NCBI GenBank assembly: GCA_053919585.1
Contig: JBSSHM010000300.1
DNA: 60,333 bases
From: Euprymna scolopes
Lineage: Eukaryota
Strand: one strand, 5' to 3'
The position numbers and the translations under genes were made by a program. Numbering within the stretch: the stretch's first letter is position 1; each line of letters starts with the position of its first letter. Positions 41,204-50,671 of the stretch are shown here, piece by piece. The notes under the pieces are model-generated. The model was not told the DNA's origin, searched no databases, and was given only the letters and a program-made list of their open reading frames with translations.

Positions 41204-42184
41204 TTATGATTGGCAAGCCTGTATAGATTCTTTAGTCCCTCTAGCCCCAAAATGAGAAACAATAGTCGCTGCTACTCGATTACTCAACTTTGTAGCAGTA
41301 GCTTCCTCTAACCCACACTGCATTGCATACAAAAATGAACCTGCAAAGGAATCCCCAGCACCATTGGTATCCACCACATTAGCCTCAACACCTTCATAAG
41401 AATTTAACTTATCATTAGTAAATACCGCACAACCTTGCTCACCCAATGTGATGACTATCTTTTGGCAATATTTTTTCATCATCTCACACGCCTCTGATAA
41501 CGCTTCTTTTTCCGACCAAATTTCAGTCTCCTCTTTATTCGCAAACAGCAAATCAATTCCCATTGATAATAATTCACTCATTTGATTGTGAAAGGCTGAA
41601 ACCACAAAAGGATCCGAAAAACTCAAGGCAACTTTCACCCCATACTGTTTAGCTTGCCTAATCGCCTCTTTAGCTACCTCAAAAGAATTGGGCATGGTCA
41701 CTAAATACCCTTCCATAAATAACCATTCAGCCTGATCTAATTGTCTATAATCGACATCCTCAACGCATAAATCTGCTGTTGTTCCCAAATATGTGAGCAT
41801 CGTACGCTCTGCATCAGGAGTCACCAACACCAAACACTTACCCGTCACCCCATCAGAATACACCGGATCACACTGCACACCTTGGTCCAACAAATCCTGT
41901 GTATAAAATTTACCAAACTCATCATCTGCCACACGACAACAATAACCAGCCTTCCCGCCAAGCTGACTAAAAATCACAATAGAATTGGCAGCAGAACCAC
42001 CACTTACCTGTTTTTTAAGAGGATAACGCTCACTTAATAAACAAAAAATATGCTGATAAGTCTCTGCATCAATTAACGTCATTTGACCTTTAGCTAGATC
42101 ATTTTTCTGCAAAAAACCTTCATCAATTTCAAACTCAATATCCACCAAAGCATTGCCAATACCAAGCACCTGAATGTTTCTCAT
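41204..42184 (-). CDS. PfkB-family kinase (adenosine kinase-like)
   Basis: GIGNALVD, GGSAAN, AERTM, DTNGAGDSFAG. Confidence 0.92.
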   Translation of the reverse strand: MRNIQVLGIGNALVDIEFEIDEGFLQKNDLAKGQMTLIDAETYQHIFCLLSERYPLKKQVSGGSAANSIVIFSQLGGKAGYCCRVADDEFGKFYTQDLLDQGVQCDPVYSDGVTGKCLVLVTPDAERTMLTYLGTTADLCVEDVDYRQLDQAEWLFMEGYLVTMPNSFEVAKEAIRQAKQYGVKVALSFSDPFVVSAFHNQMSELLSMGIDLLFANKEETEIWSEKEALSEACEMMKKYCQKIVITLGEQGCAVFTNDKLNSYEGVEANVVDTNGAGDSFAGSFLYAMQCGLEEATATKLSNRVAATIVSHFGARGTKESIQACQS

Positions 42185-42323
42185 TATTACACTTCCTATA
42201 TTTTAATTATTACTATCCCATTAATGGAGCAAACTTATACTAATTGAACTTATACATAAAGTAACCGATACTACCAAATTCCAATTAAAATCACCCTATC
42301 ATCTCTCAAAAAACAGTATTCAC

Positions 42324-42371
42324 TCTAATCGAACAAACATCTAATCGAACAAACATCTAATCGAACAAACA
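42324..42371. repeat. Tandem repeat TCTAATCGAACAAACA x3
   Basis: Three exact 16-bp copies in the divergent intergenic region. Confidence 0.95.
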
Positions 42372-42545
42372 AGGTATACCATTTACCTATTAAAAAAGCA
42401 ATAATGAACCCTAAGAAAAATGTAAAATTCAATTTTTCATCACGTCACTACAACTATACAAAACCGATCCAAAATACTAAGTATAATTGACAAAAAACAC
42501 ATCACTATTTGTTAGGCAATATGGACAAAAAACATGAAAAAAAAC

Positions 42546-42574
42546 TTGCATAAGTTACTGAAAATAGTGATAAT
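42546..42574 (+). promoter_or_regulatory. Putative sigma70 promoter of the Cys-rich mini-gene
   Basis: TTGCAT-N17-GATAAT; RBS GAGGAG at about 42613-42618. Confidence 0.55.
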
Positions 42575-42625
42575 CAATACTATAAGGTTTTTTTAATTTA
42601 ACAACTTATTTTGAGGAGAAATATT

Positions 42626-42850
42626 ATGGAAAACTATTCATGCAACTCTTGTGATAGAGTATTAGAAATTGCTAGCAGTGCAGCCTGTGGAACATGTGGT
42701 ACCGACTACAATGTTGTGAAATGTACAACTTGCGATCAAGAATTTAAAGTCATGTCAAATTCTTGTGATAAATGCGGTGACTACGTTCAATCAGTTAGCT
42801 GTTCTGAGTGTAAAGATAAGGTATCTAGTTCAGCGTGTAGCTACTGCTAA
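42626..42850 (+). CDS. 74-aa Cys-rich protein with six CxxC motifs (zinc-ribbon/metallothionein-like)
   Basis: CNSC, CGTC, CTTC, CDKC, CSEC, CSYC; strong RBS, promoter and terminator. Confidence 0.85.
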   Translation: MENYSCNSCDRVLEIASSAACGTCGTDYNVVKCTTCDQEFKVMSNSCDKCGDYVQSVSCSECKDKVSSSACSYC

Positions 42851-42865
42851 TCTAAAGATACAAAT

Positions 42866-42920
42866 AAGTCCCAACACATAAAACAGCTTCAACTGGTTTG
42901 TGTGTTGGGACTTCATTTTC
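42866..42920 (+). terminator. Terminator of the Cys-rich mini-gene (possibly bidirectional)
   Basis: AAGTCCCAACACATAAA...TTTGTGTGTTGGGACTT followed by CATTTTCTTT. Confidence 0.8.
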
Positions 42921-42929
42921 TTTAAGCCG

Positions 42930-42961
42930 TTTTCCTTAAAGGCTATTTTCCTTAAAGGCTA
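42930..42961. repeat. Direct repeat TTTTCCTTAAAGGCTA x2
   Basis: Two exact 16-bp copies, preceded by a degenerate copy. Confidence 0.85.
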
Positions 42962-43012
42962 ATTAAGTGCCAACCCCTTGAGAAAAAAACTCTTTATCTT
43001 ATAAGTGCTTGC

Positions 43013-43561
43013 TTATTTATCCCACAAATAAGCATCCATACTTAGCTTACCCCCTCCATAACCAAACAATACTAACAACATCAACAAATACGCAACACTT
43101 AGCTCTACTCCATTATTTAGTATAGCAATTGCTCCTTGCTGAGTAATGCTATCATAGTTGCCATGTTGCTGAACAAGATTAATAATCTGATCAATGGTTG
43201 AGTTATATTCAATGACATAAGTCCACCCATTACTCATCTGTATAAAAAAGATAATCACCAGAATCACAGCTGATAATAGCAATGCACTCCATCGAGTTAA
43301 TAATCCAAGAAGTAACGTACCACTACACACTACTTGAATCGTAATAGCCGCTATGGTTAGATAATAAGGATACGGTAAATGTACCGTATCACCAAAATAC
43401 TTAAAAGTTTCCTCAAAATTATTTAACTGATTCCAACCTGGCAACAAAAACAAAGGCAATAAATACACTCGCATACCCAATAAAATCAAACTGCTTAACC
43501 ACGCTTGATTATCAATAACTTGATGAATATTTCCTATCCATGATTTTCTCTTTGGCATCAC
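43013..43561 (-). CDS. DoxX-family membrane protein (divergent, HvfX-like)
   Basis: RVYLLPLF..GW, LGLLTR, NGW, HGNY...LNNGVE, GGGKLSMD. Confidence 0.82.
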   Translation of the reverse strand: MMPKRKSWIGNIHQVIDNQAWLSSLILLGMRVYLLPLFLLPGWNQLNNFEETFKYFGDTVHLPYPYYLTIAAITIQVVCSGTLLLGLLTRWSALLLSAVILVIIFFIQMSNGWTYVIEYNSTIDQIINLVQQHGNYDSITQQGAIAILNNGVELSVAYLLMLLVLFGYGGGKLSMDAYLWDK

Positions 43562-43595
43562 ACTCTCCTTAATACAAGCAATCTCATTTATTTAA

Positions 43596-45377
43596 TCATT
43601 TTTTGACCAACTTCCACTGCTCACTAAGTTCTTTTATTCTACTATCATCAGGAAAATCCTTTAAACCCTGCTTAATAAGAGAGTTTGCCTTTTCTTTCTC
43701 ATTATTTTCCCAAAGAGCTTGACTTAAATGTGCAACAATTTCCGGATCATTTCTTAATTCTAAAGCGTGGACTAACAACTCAATAGCTTTATCATATTGT
43801 CGCAAATGAAAATATAACCAACCCAAGCTATCTAAAATATGAGGCTCATTGGGTGTTAAGGCATTTGCTTTCTCTAATAGTGGCTTTGCCTCATTATATT
43901 TTTTAAAATTATCAACCAAAATATAACCCAAGCTATTCAATAGCTCCGCATTATCTGGATAGCTTTTTAATAATGCACGAAAAATTATCTCTGCAACTTC
44001 ATAGTTATGCAAAAACACATTCAGCATTCCTTGAAAATATACACTTTCTAAATCCGCACCATATTTTTGATTTCTCTCTTCTAATACAGACAATGCTAAT
44101 TTATTATCTCCTTGCAAATGATGAACCCTTGCTAATAATAAACTAATATTGTGGCGCAAAGAACTTTGATATCCAGCAGTTATATCATTCATTTTCTGTG
44201 GCTGGTAACTTTTATCCAAACGCATAATAATTTTTAGTGCCTCCTCATAACGGCTCTGCTGTACCAGAATTTGTGCAGAATAATACAAAGCTTGTGCTGA
44301 GTAAATACTGTGATTATTAATCTCTGCAAACACTTGCAAAGCCTCCTTATATCGTTCATTACCTTGTCGCATTAAAGTAAGTGCCGACATATAAGTTGCC
44401 CAATCTTTATCACTAGCTGACTTACTTTTTAACCAATCAAGATGTGGCTGAATTTTTTCATAATCTTGTACATCCTCATGATTGTAATAAGAAATCAGCA
44501 ACTTTCTCGCCTCTGTCTCAATCTTTATATTATCGCTACCAAGATTAAGCAAATTCATCAAATACGGAACACTTTTTGCCACAGCATGGTTTTTAAGATA
44601 ATAATTTACCATCACTGATTGCAATGAAATATTTTCAGGATGTTTTTTGGCGGCTTTGATAAATAGAGGCAATTGTAATGGCAAGTGATCACGACCAATT
44701 TGCACCATTAAATTGATCCACAATGAATCACTTGTCATCTCATAAACTTCATGCAATAGCTTAACCTTATCTTCAGCAGGATACGGTAAAGCAACTAGCC
44801 ATTTAAAAATATTGCTTGAGTATTGATTAATTTTATGCTTACCCAATCGTTCGTATGCCTTAGCGGTGTGCGTACTCTCTATAAATGCCATGCCAATATA
44901 CATATCATAATAATTCGCCTCAAAGCTAACATCCTCACCTAATTTTTCACTACGCTCAACAAAACGAGAAACATTACGCTCTGCCAATTCTTTATCTTGA
45001 AAAGCAAACGCCAACTCAGTTGCACGCTTAGCAGCATAATAATCTTCAGGAAGTAACTTAGCCAATCTATCATAGGTTTCCATAGACTCCTTCAACAAAG
45101 ACTCTTCATCTGGATTTCTAAAAGTATAAAGCTCCAACCCAAAAGGATAATGCAGATTGGAATACAATACAGATAAAAATACATCCGGATTATTTACTAA
45201 GATATCCGATAATGCTTCATCCTTATGTTGAATACCCAATTTTGAAGAAGATGCCTCTATATCTGCTTCTCGTGAACTTGTACAACTTAACAGAGAAAAG
45301 CTCACTAAAAAAGACAAAAAGACCAAACGAGAAAATTGATTCTGCACAAAAAAGGCAGTTAACTGCACCAATGACAT
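43596..45377 (-). CDS. TPR-repeat probable lipoprotein divergent from hemA
   Basis: LLSC lipobox; LNSLGYIL, ILDSLGWLYF and DPEIVAHL TPR motifs; usual position opposite hemA. Start chosen at ATG 45377. Confidence 0.85.
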   Translation of the reverse strand: MSLVQLTAFFVQNQFSRLVFLSFLVSFSLLSCTSSREADIEASSSKLGIQHKDEALSDILVNNPDVFLSVLYSNLHYPFGLELYTFRNPDEESLLKESMETYDRLAKLLPEDYYAAKRATELAFAFQDKELAERNVSRFVERSEKLGEDVSFEANYYDMYIGMAFIESTHTAKAYERLGKHKINQYSSNIFKWLVALPYPAEDKVKLLHEVYEMTSDSLWINLMVQIGRDHLPLQLPLFIKAAKKHPENISLQSVMVNYYLKNHAVAKSVPYLMNLLNLGSDNIKIETEARKLLISYYNHEDVQDYEKIQPHLDWLKSKSASDKDWATYMSALTLMRQGNERYKEALQVFAEINNHSIYSAQALYYSAQILVQQSRYEEALKIIMRLDKSYQPQKMNDITAGYQSSLRHNISLLLARVHHLQGDNKLALSVLEERNQKYGADLESVYFQGMLNVFLHNYEVAEIIFRALLKSYPDNAELLNSLGYILVDNFKKYNEAKPLLEKANALTPNEPHILDSLGWLYFHLRQYDKAIELLVHALELRNDPEIVAHLSQALWENNEKEKANSLIKQGLKDFPDDSRIKELSEQWKLVKK

Positions 45378-45619
45378 AAAACGGACATAGCAGAGATAGA
45401 TTAGAAAATAAAACTTATACAACAATATACAGTCTACATATAATAAAAATTATGAAACACATATAAGACTGATGACAATAGACATATTTAGTAGTACAAG
45501 ACTTGATATATTGTACAATAAATAGATAGGTATTTATATGTATTTCTATACACTAAAACGCCATAGTTTTTACACATATCCACGCTAAACCTGCAAATAA
45601 AACCAATAATAAAATAACA

Positions 45620-46924
45620 ATGGGTGTACTATTGATAGGAATTAATCACAACACCGCACCTATTGAGGTACGTGAATGCGTAAATTTCAACCCCAAATCC
45701 ATTGTCACAGATTTATCCTCCCTACAGAACCAAGCCAATCTCGCTGAAGTTGCCATTCTGAATACCTGTAATCGTACTGAAATATATTATGGTGTTGAAT
45801 GCCAATGCCAGCAAAATCGCAATAAACAGCTATGTGGAGGCAAGTGTTCACAATTAGACAAAGTCAGATCCAACATTGTTAACTATCTTGATGATTGCAG
45901 TAAACTCCCACAAGGAAGCATTCAACCCTTTCTATACGAATATCAAAACAACGAAACAGTTAGACACGCTATGCGTGTTGCCAGTGGGCTCAATTCAATG
46001 GTGCTTGGTGAACCGCAAATACTTGGGCAAATGAAGCAATGCTATCAAGATGCCATTAAAGCTGGCACAGCAAAAAAAGTTCTCTTTCGCTTATTTGAAA
46101 CCATCTTTTCATCAGCAAAAAAAGTACGTACCGAAACAGGAATCGGTAAAGAACCCATATCCATTGCTTCCATTTCCATTAAAATGATTGCTCAATTCTA
46201 TACCTCCTTAGAAGATAAAAAAACCATTTTAATTGGTGCAGGAGAAACCATTCGTCTTGTTTCCCAACATATTAAATCACTTTCCTCAACAAACTACTTA
46301 GTAGCCAATCGCAATATCGACCATGCTATGGAATTGGTACACAGTGATCCCAAACGAGCACTCACCCTCACACAAGTTGATGAACACCTTGCACAAGCTG
46401 ATGTGATTATCAGTTGCACAGCAAGTGATGAGCGTATTCTCAGTGTAGAAAAAATCAAACAAGCCATGGCACAACGTCCCAATAAACGCCTACTACTTAT
46501 TGACTTAGCCGTACCTCGTGATATTGACCCAGAAGTCGAAGAGATTGCACAAGTCTACCTATATACCATTGATGATCTCAATGGCATTGCCCAAGCATCT
46601 CTCACCAATCGTCAAGAAAAAAGCAAAGAAGCAGATAAAATTATCGAAGACTACGAACACCAATTTATGCACTGGCTAAATATTCATAATCATGCAGACA
46701 TGATTAACTCTCTGCGACATGAAGGCGAACGCTCTCGTGAAGAGTTGCTACAAAAATACATTAAAAAAATTCAACAAGGCGAAAATGTTGAGCAAAGCAT
46801 AGAAAAATTCTCCGAGCAACTCACCAACAAGCTTCTACATGCTCCCACTATTGCTTTAAGAAAAGCAGCTGAAGAAGGTGATGAAAAAAAAATCGAAATA
46901 ATACGCGATCTATACAATATCTAA
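45620..46924 (+). CDS. hemA: Glutamyl-tRNA reductase
   Basis: GINHNTAP, TCNRTE, SMVLGEPQILGQ, DLAVPRDI. Confidence 0.98.
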   Translation: MGVLLIGINHNTAPIEVRECVNFNPKSIVTDLSSLQNQANLAEVAILNTCNRTEIYYGVECQCQQNRNKQLCGGKCSQLDKVRSNIVNYLDDCSKLPQGSIQPFLYEYQNNETVRHAMRVASGLNSMVLGEPQILGQMKQCYQDAIKAGTAKKVLFRLFETIFSSAKKVRTETGIGKEPISIASISIKMIAQFYTSLEDKKTILIGAGETIRLVSQHIKSLSSTNYLVANRNIDHAMELVHSDPKRALTLTQVDEHLAQADVIISCTASDERILSVEKIKQAMAQRPNKRLLLIDLAVPRDIDPEVEEIAQVYLYTIDDLNGIAQASLTNRQEKSKEADKIIEDYEHQFMHWLNIHNHADMINSLRHEGERSREELLQKYIKKIQQGENVEQSIEKFSEQLTNKLLHAPTIALRKAAEEGDEKKIEIIRDLYNI

Positions 46925-46925
46925 A

Positions 46926-47861
46926 TTGAGCGAGATACCCCCCTACCCACGTGACATGATTGGCTACGGTCGTATTGTCCCACATGCCAACTGGCAAAAT
47001 GATGCAAATATCGCCATTCAATTTGTACTTAACTATGAAGAAGGTGCTGAAAATTGTATTCTGCATGGTGATCAACACTCAGAAACCTTCCTATCTGAAA
47101 TCATTACTGCCGAAGCCATTCACAATCAACGTCATATCAGCATGGAATCCCTCTATGAATACGGATCAAGAGTAGGTATATGGCGTCTGCTCACACTCTT
47201 TGAACAATATGATATACCCATCACTATTTTTGCCGTCGGCATGGCACTAGCGAGACACCCTGAACTTACTAATTATCTACGAGAAAAAAAATATGACGTC
47301 TGTGCACATGGGCTACGTTGGATTAACTATCAACACATAGATATAGATACTGAAAAAGCACATATGCAACAATGCATTACCCTTCTCACTGAACTCCTAG
47401 GCAAACGTCCAACTGGTTGGTACACCGGACGTAACAGCCCAAATACTCGCCAACTCGTTATACAAGAGGGGGGATTCATGTACGATAGCGATGCCTATAA
47501 TGATGATCTACCCTACTGGGAAATTCACAATCAACACCCTCATCTTGTGATTCCCTATACCCTAGATGTCAATGATATGCGCTTTTTAACCCCACAAGGA
47601 TTTACCAACAGCGAACAATTTTATACCTACCTAAAAGATTCATTTGATATACTCTATGAAGAAGGTAAAAAAAAGCCAAAAATGCTTTCCATTGGTATGC
47701 ATGCAAGGATTTTAGGAAAGCCGGGGCGTCTAGCAGGCTTAAAAAAATTCATTGATTATATTCGTACTAAAGAAAGCATATGGTTTTGCACCCGTCAGCA
47801 AATTGCTGAACATTGGTATCATAACCATTATCCTCATTCATTAACTAAAAACATAAAATAG
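46926..47861 (+). CDS. puuE: Allantoinase PuuE (polysaccharide deacetylase fold)
   Basis: YPRDMIGYG, VLNYEEG, ESLYEYGSR, GWYTGR, IPYTLD. Confidence 0.93.
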   Translation: MSEIPPYPRDMIGYGRIVPHANWQNDANIAIQFVLNYEEGAENCILHGDQHSETFLSEIITAEAIHNQRHISMESLYEYGSRVGIWRLLTLFEQYDIPITIFAVGMALARHPELTNYLREKKYDVCAHGLRWINYQHIDIDTEKAHMQQCITLLTELLGKRPTGWYTGRNSPNTRQLVIQEGGFMYDSDAYNDDLPYWEIHNQHPHLVIPYTLDVNDMRFLTPQGFTNSEQFYTYLKDSFDILYEEGKKKPKMLSIGMHARILGKPGRLAGLKKFIDYIRTKESIWFCTRQQIAEHWYHNHYPHSLTKNIK

Positions 47862-47876
47862 AAAATAAATAATAAA

Positions 47877-49154
47877 ATGCGTATTGTACAAAAATTCGGC
47901 GGCACATCAGTTGGTTCCGTTGAGCGTATTCAAAATGTCGCAAAAAGAGTCAAAACATGGACAGATAATGGACATGAAGTTGCTGTAGTTGTTTCTGCTA
48001 TGTCTGGAGAAACAAATCGACTTACTGGCTTAATTCAACAAATTGATAGCAATGCCAACAGACGTGAGCAAGATGTCATACTCTCCTCTGGTGAGCAAGT
48101 AAGCATGGCACTCTTATCAATAGCCCTGCATACACTAGGCGTCAAATCTGAATCTTTTTTTGGCTGGCAAGCAGGTGTACAAACAGATGATGCCCACACC
48201 AAAGCAAGAATACTCAACATTGACAGCAAAAAAGTTATCGATGCACTAACAGAAAAAAAAGTGGCAGTTATTGCCGGTTTCCAAGGAATCACTGAAAAAG
48301 GGAGTGTTAGCACATTGGGACGTGGTGGCTCTGATACCAGTGCTGTCGCCCTATCTATTGCCTTAGATGCTGATGAATGCCAAATCTATACCGATGTTGA
48401 TGGCGTATACTCAACCGACCCACGTGTTGTTCCTGAAGCAAGGAGATTACCGTATATTCTATTTGAAGAAATGCTAGAAATGGCAAGTCTTGGCTCTAAA
48501 GTACTACAAATACGCTCAGTTGAACTCGCCTGTAAATATGAAGTTCCATTACGAGTACTCAGTTCACTCACCCCCATACAAGAAAATCTTAGTCTAGAAA
48601 AACTTGGTGGCACATTAATCATCCCTGAAAGTAAAATGAAAACAATGACAAAAACCATGGAAGACCCTAAAATATCTGGTATCGCCTTTAATCGTGATGA
48701 AGCACAAATAAAAGTCAATGCTGTTCCTGACTCACCTGGTATTGCATACAAAATACTATCAGCTATCTCCGATTGCAATATTGAAGTAGACATGATTGTG
48801 CAAAACACTTCAAACAATGACCTTGCAGATTTCACCTTTACCGTCAATCGTAGCGACTATGCTCGTGCAATGGAAATTACCAAAAAGACATCTCCCATCA
48901 TCAGTGCTGATAATGTGATTGGTAATGACAAAATAGTTAAAATATCTCTTGTTGGTGTTGGCATGCGTTCGCACGCTGGTATTGCTAGTAAAATGTTTCA
49001 AATTCTTGCTCAGGAAAATATCAACATTCTCATCATCTCCACCTCAGAAATCAAAATATCCGTTGGCATTGATGAAGAAAATTTAGAAAAAGCCGTCAAA
49101 GCACTACACCAAGCATTTGAGCTAGAAAAAGATAACATCTCAGAAGAAAACTAA
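47877..49154 (+). CDS. lysC: Aspartate kinase
   Basis: QKFGGTSVG, TLGRGGSD, two ACT domains (STSEIKIS). Confidence 0.97.
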   Translation: MRIVQKFGGTSVGSVERIQNVAKRVKTWTDNGHEVAVVVSAMSGETNRLTGLIQQIDSNANRREQDVILSSGEQVSMALLSIALHTLGVKSESFFGWQAGVQTDDAHTKARILNIDSKKVIDALTEKKVAVIAGFQGITEKGSVSTLGRGGSDTSAVALSIALDADECQIYTDVDGVYSTDPRVVPEARRLPYILFEEMLEMASLGSKVLQIRSVELACKYEVPLRVLSSLTPIQENLSLEKLGGTLIIPESKMKTMTKTMEDPKISGIAFNRDEAQIKVNAVPDSPGIAYKILSAISDCNIEVDMIVQNTSNNDLADFTFTVNRSDYARAMEITKKTSPIISADNVIGNDKIVKISLVGVGMRSHAGIASKMFQILAQENINILIISTSEIKISVGIDEENLEKAVKALHQAFELEKDNISEEN

Positions 49155-49762
49155 TGTCTATAAAAAACGAAAAGAAAGGCTCTCTATTTATTATTTCTGG
49201 TCCATCTGGAGCAGGAAAAACCTCCTTACTTTCAGAAATTATCAAACGAGATCAAGCCACGGAACAAAAACTTACTCTCTCTATTTCTTACACCACTCGC
49301 CCACCTAGAAAGGGCGAGATTGACGGTGTTAACTACTTCTTTGTTTCCCAAGAAGAATTCCAAGCAATGCAAACAAAACAAGAATTTCTAGAAAGTGCTC
49401 TTGTTCATGAATATCATTATGGTACAAATAAAAAATGGGTAGAGCAACAACTCTGTCAACAAAAAAAAGACATTGTCTTAGAAATCGATGTTCAAGGAGC
49501 CATGCAAATCATACAAAGCGACATGAAATGCTGTGCTATTTTCATCTTTCCCCCATCATTTGAGATTCTAAAAAAACGCCTTACAGATAGACAAACAGAC
49601 ACCTCAGAGAGTATCAAAACACGTCTGGAAAATGCCAGTCAAGAAATGAAGTTAGGCAAAAATTTTGACTACGGAATCACCAATGATGACTATGAAACTT
49701 CCCTACACAAAATACAACAAGCCATGCAATGCTATCGAGACATGCAGGTGAATACCCCCTAA
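49154..49762 (+). CDS. gmk: Guanylate kinase
   Basis: GPSGAGKT, SYTTRPPR, EIDVQGA. Confidence 0.97.
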   Translation: MSIKNEKKGSLFIISGPSGAGKTSLLSEIIKRDQATEQKLTLSISYTTRPPRKGEIDGVNYFFVSQEEFQAMQTKQEFLESALVHEYHYGTNKKWVEQQLCQQKKDIVLEIDVQGAMQIIQSDMKCCAIFIFPPSFEILKKRLTDRQTDTSESIKTRLENASQEMKLGKNFDYGITNDDYETSLHKIQQAMQCYRDMQVNTP

Positions 49763-50665
49763 ATGAAACTCTCGCAACTCAATATCTTCATTGCCATCGT
49801 AGAAAACGGCTTCAACATCACCCGCACCGTTGAAAAAACATTTATCGTACAATCTGCACTCAGCCGTCAAATCAAATTATTAGAGGAAGAACTTGGTCAT
49901 CCGCTTTTCAATCGCCAAGGCAAACGCTTCACTGGGCTAACCCACTTCGGTGAAAAAGTACACAAAATAGCACTAAGCATACGTGCAAATGAAAAAAATA
50001 TTCAATCACTTGCCAAAGATTGGTCAGAAAAAGAATCCGTTCTTACCATTGCCACCACACACACACAAGCAAAATACTTTCTCACCGAAACCATCAAACG
50101 CATCCGCCAAAAGCTACCAAACCTAGAACTTCGCATTGAACAATCCAATCCAAACGGGCTTATTTCCATGCTCGAAAAACAACAAGCGGACATTGTTATT
50201 TGCACCGAAGAGATTGGCACACGGGAACATTTACACTACACCCCATGCTATCAATGGAAACACTGCATCGTTGTACCACATAATCACCAACTGGCAGATA
50301 AAAAAACGCTCTCCCTAGAAGAAGTTGCCAACTACCCCATTGTTACCTACGTTCATGGTTTCACTGGTCGAGATACTATCCAACGTAGCTTTCTAGCAAT
50401 CAATCGAAAACCACAAGTTATCCTATCAGCATCTGATTCAGACATTATCAAAACCTATGTCCGCATTGGTTTTGGTGTCGGCATTATTGCCCAAATGGCC
50501 TACCAAGAAGAAGATCAAAAAAACCTAAAAATGATTCCCATTAGCAGCAACACCACTACCCTACAAACTGGTATTGCTTGGCTAAATAATCGATACTTCA
50601 ATCGCACCATCAAACAAGCCATTGATATTATTATCAACTACGGAAAAACCTTCCCAGAAAAATAA
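49763..50665 (+). CDS. cysB: LysR regulator, CysB/Cbl-like
   Basis: IATTHTQAKY, GFTGR, DSDIIKTYVRIGFGVGI. Confidence 0.88.
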   Translation: MKLSQLNIFIAIVENGFNITRTVEKTFIVQSALSRQIKLLEEELGHPLFNRQGKRFTGLTHFGEKVHKIALSIRANEKNIQSLAKDWSEKESVLTIATTHTQAKYFLTETIKRIRQKLPNLELRIEQSNPNGLISMLEKQQADIVICTEEIGTREHLHYTPCYQWKHCIVVPHNHQLADKKTLSLEEVANYPIVTYVHGFTGRDTIQRSFLAINRKPQVILSASDSDIIKTYVRIGFGVGIIAQMAYQEEDQKNLKMIPISSNTTTLQTGIAWLNNRYFNRTIKQAIDIIINYGKTFPEK

Positions 50666-50671
50666 CTCATC

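Noticed and set aside
42626-42850. Multiheme cytochrome or ferredoxin reading of the Cys-rich ORF
   Set aside because: No CxxCH and no CxxCxxCxxxC motif; no export signal.
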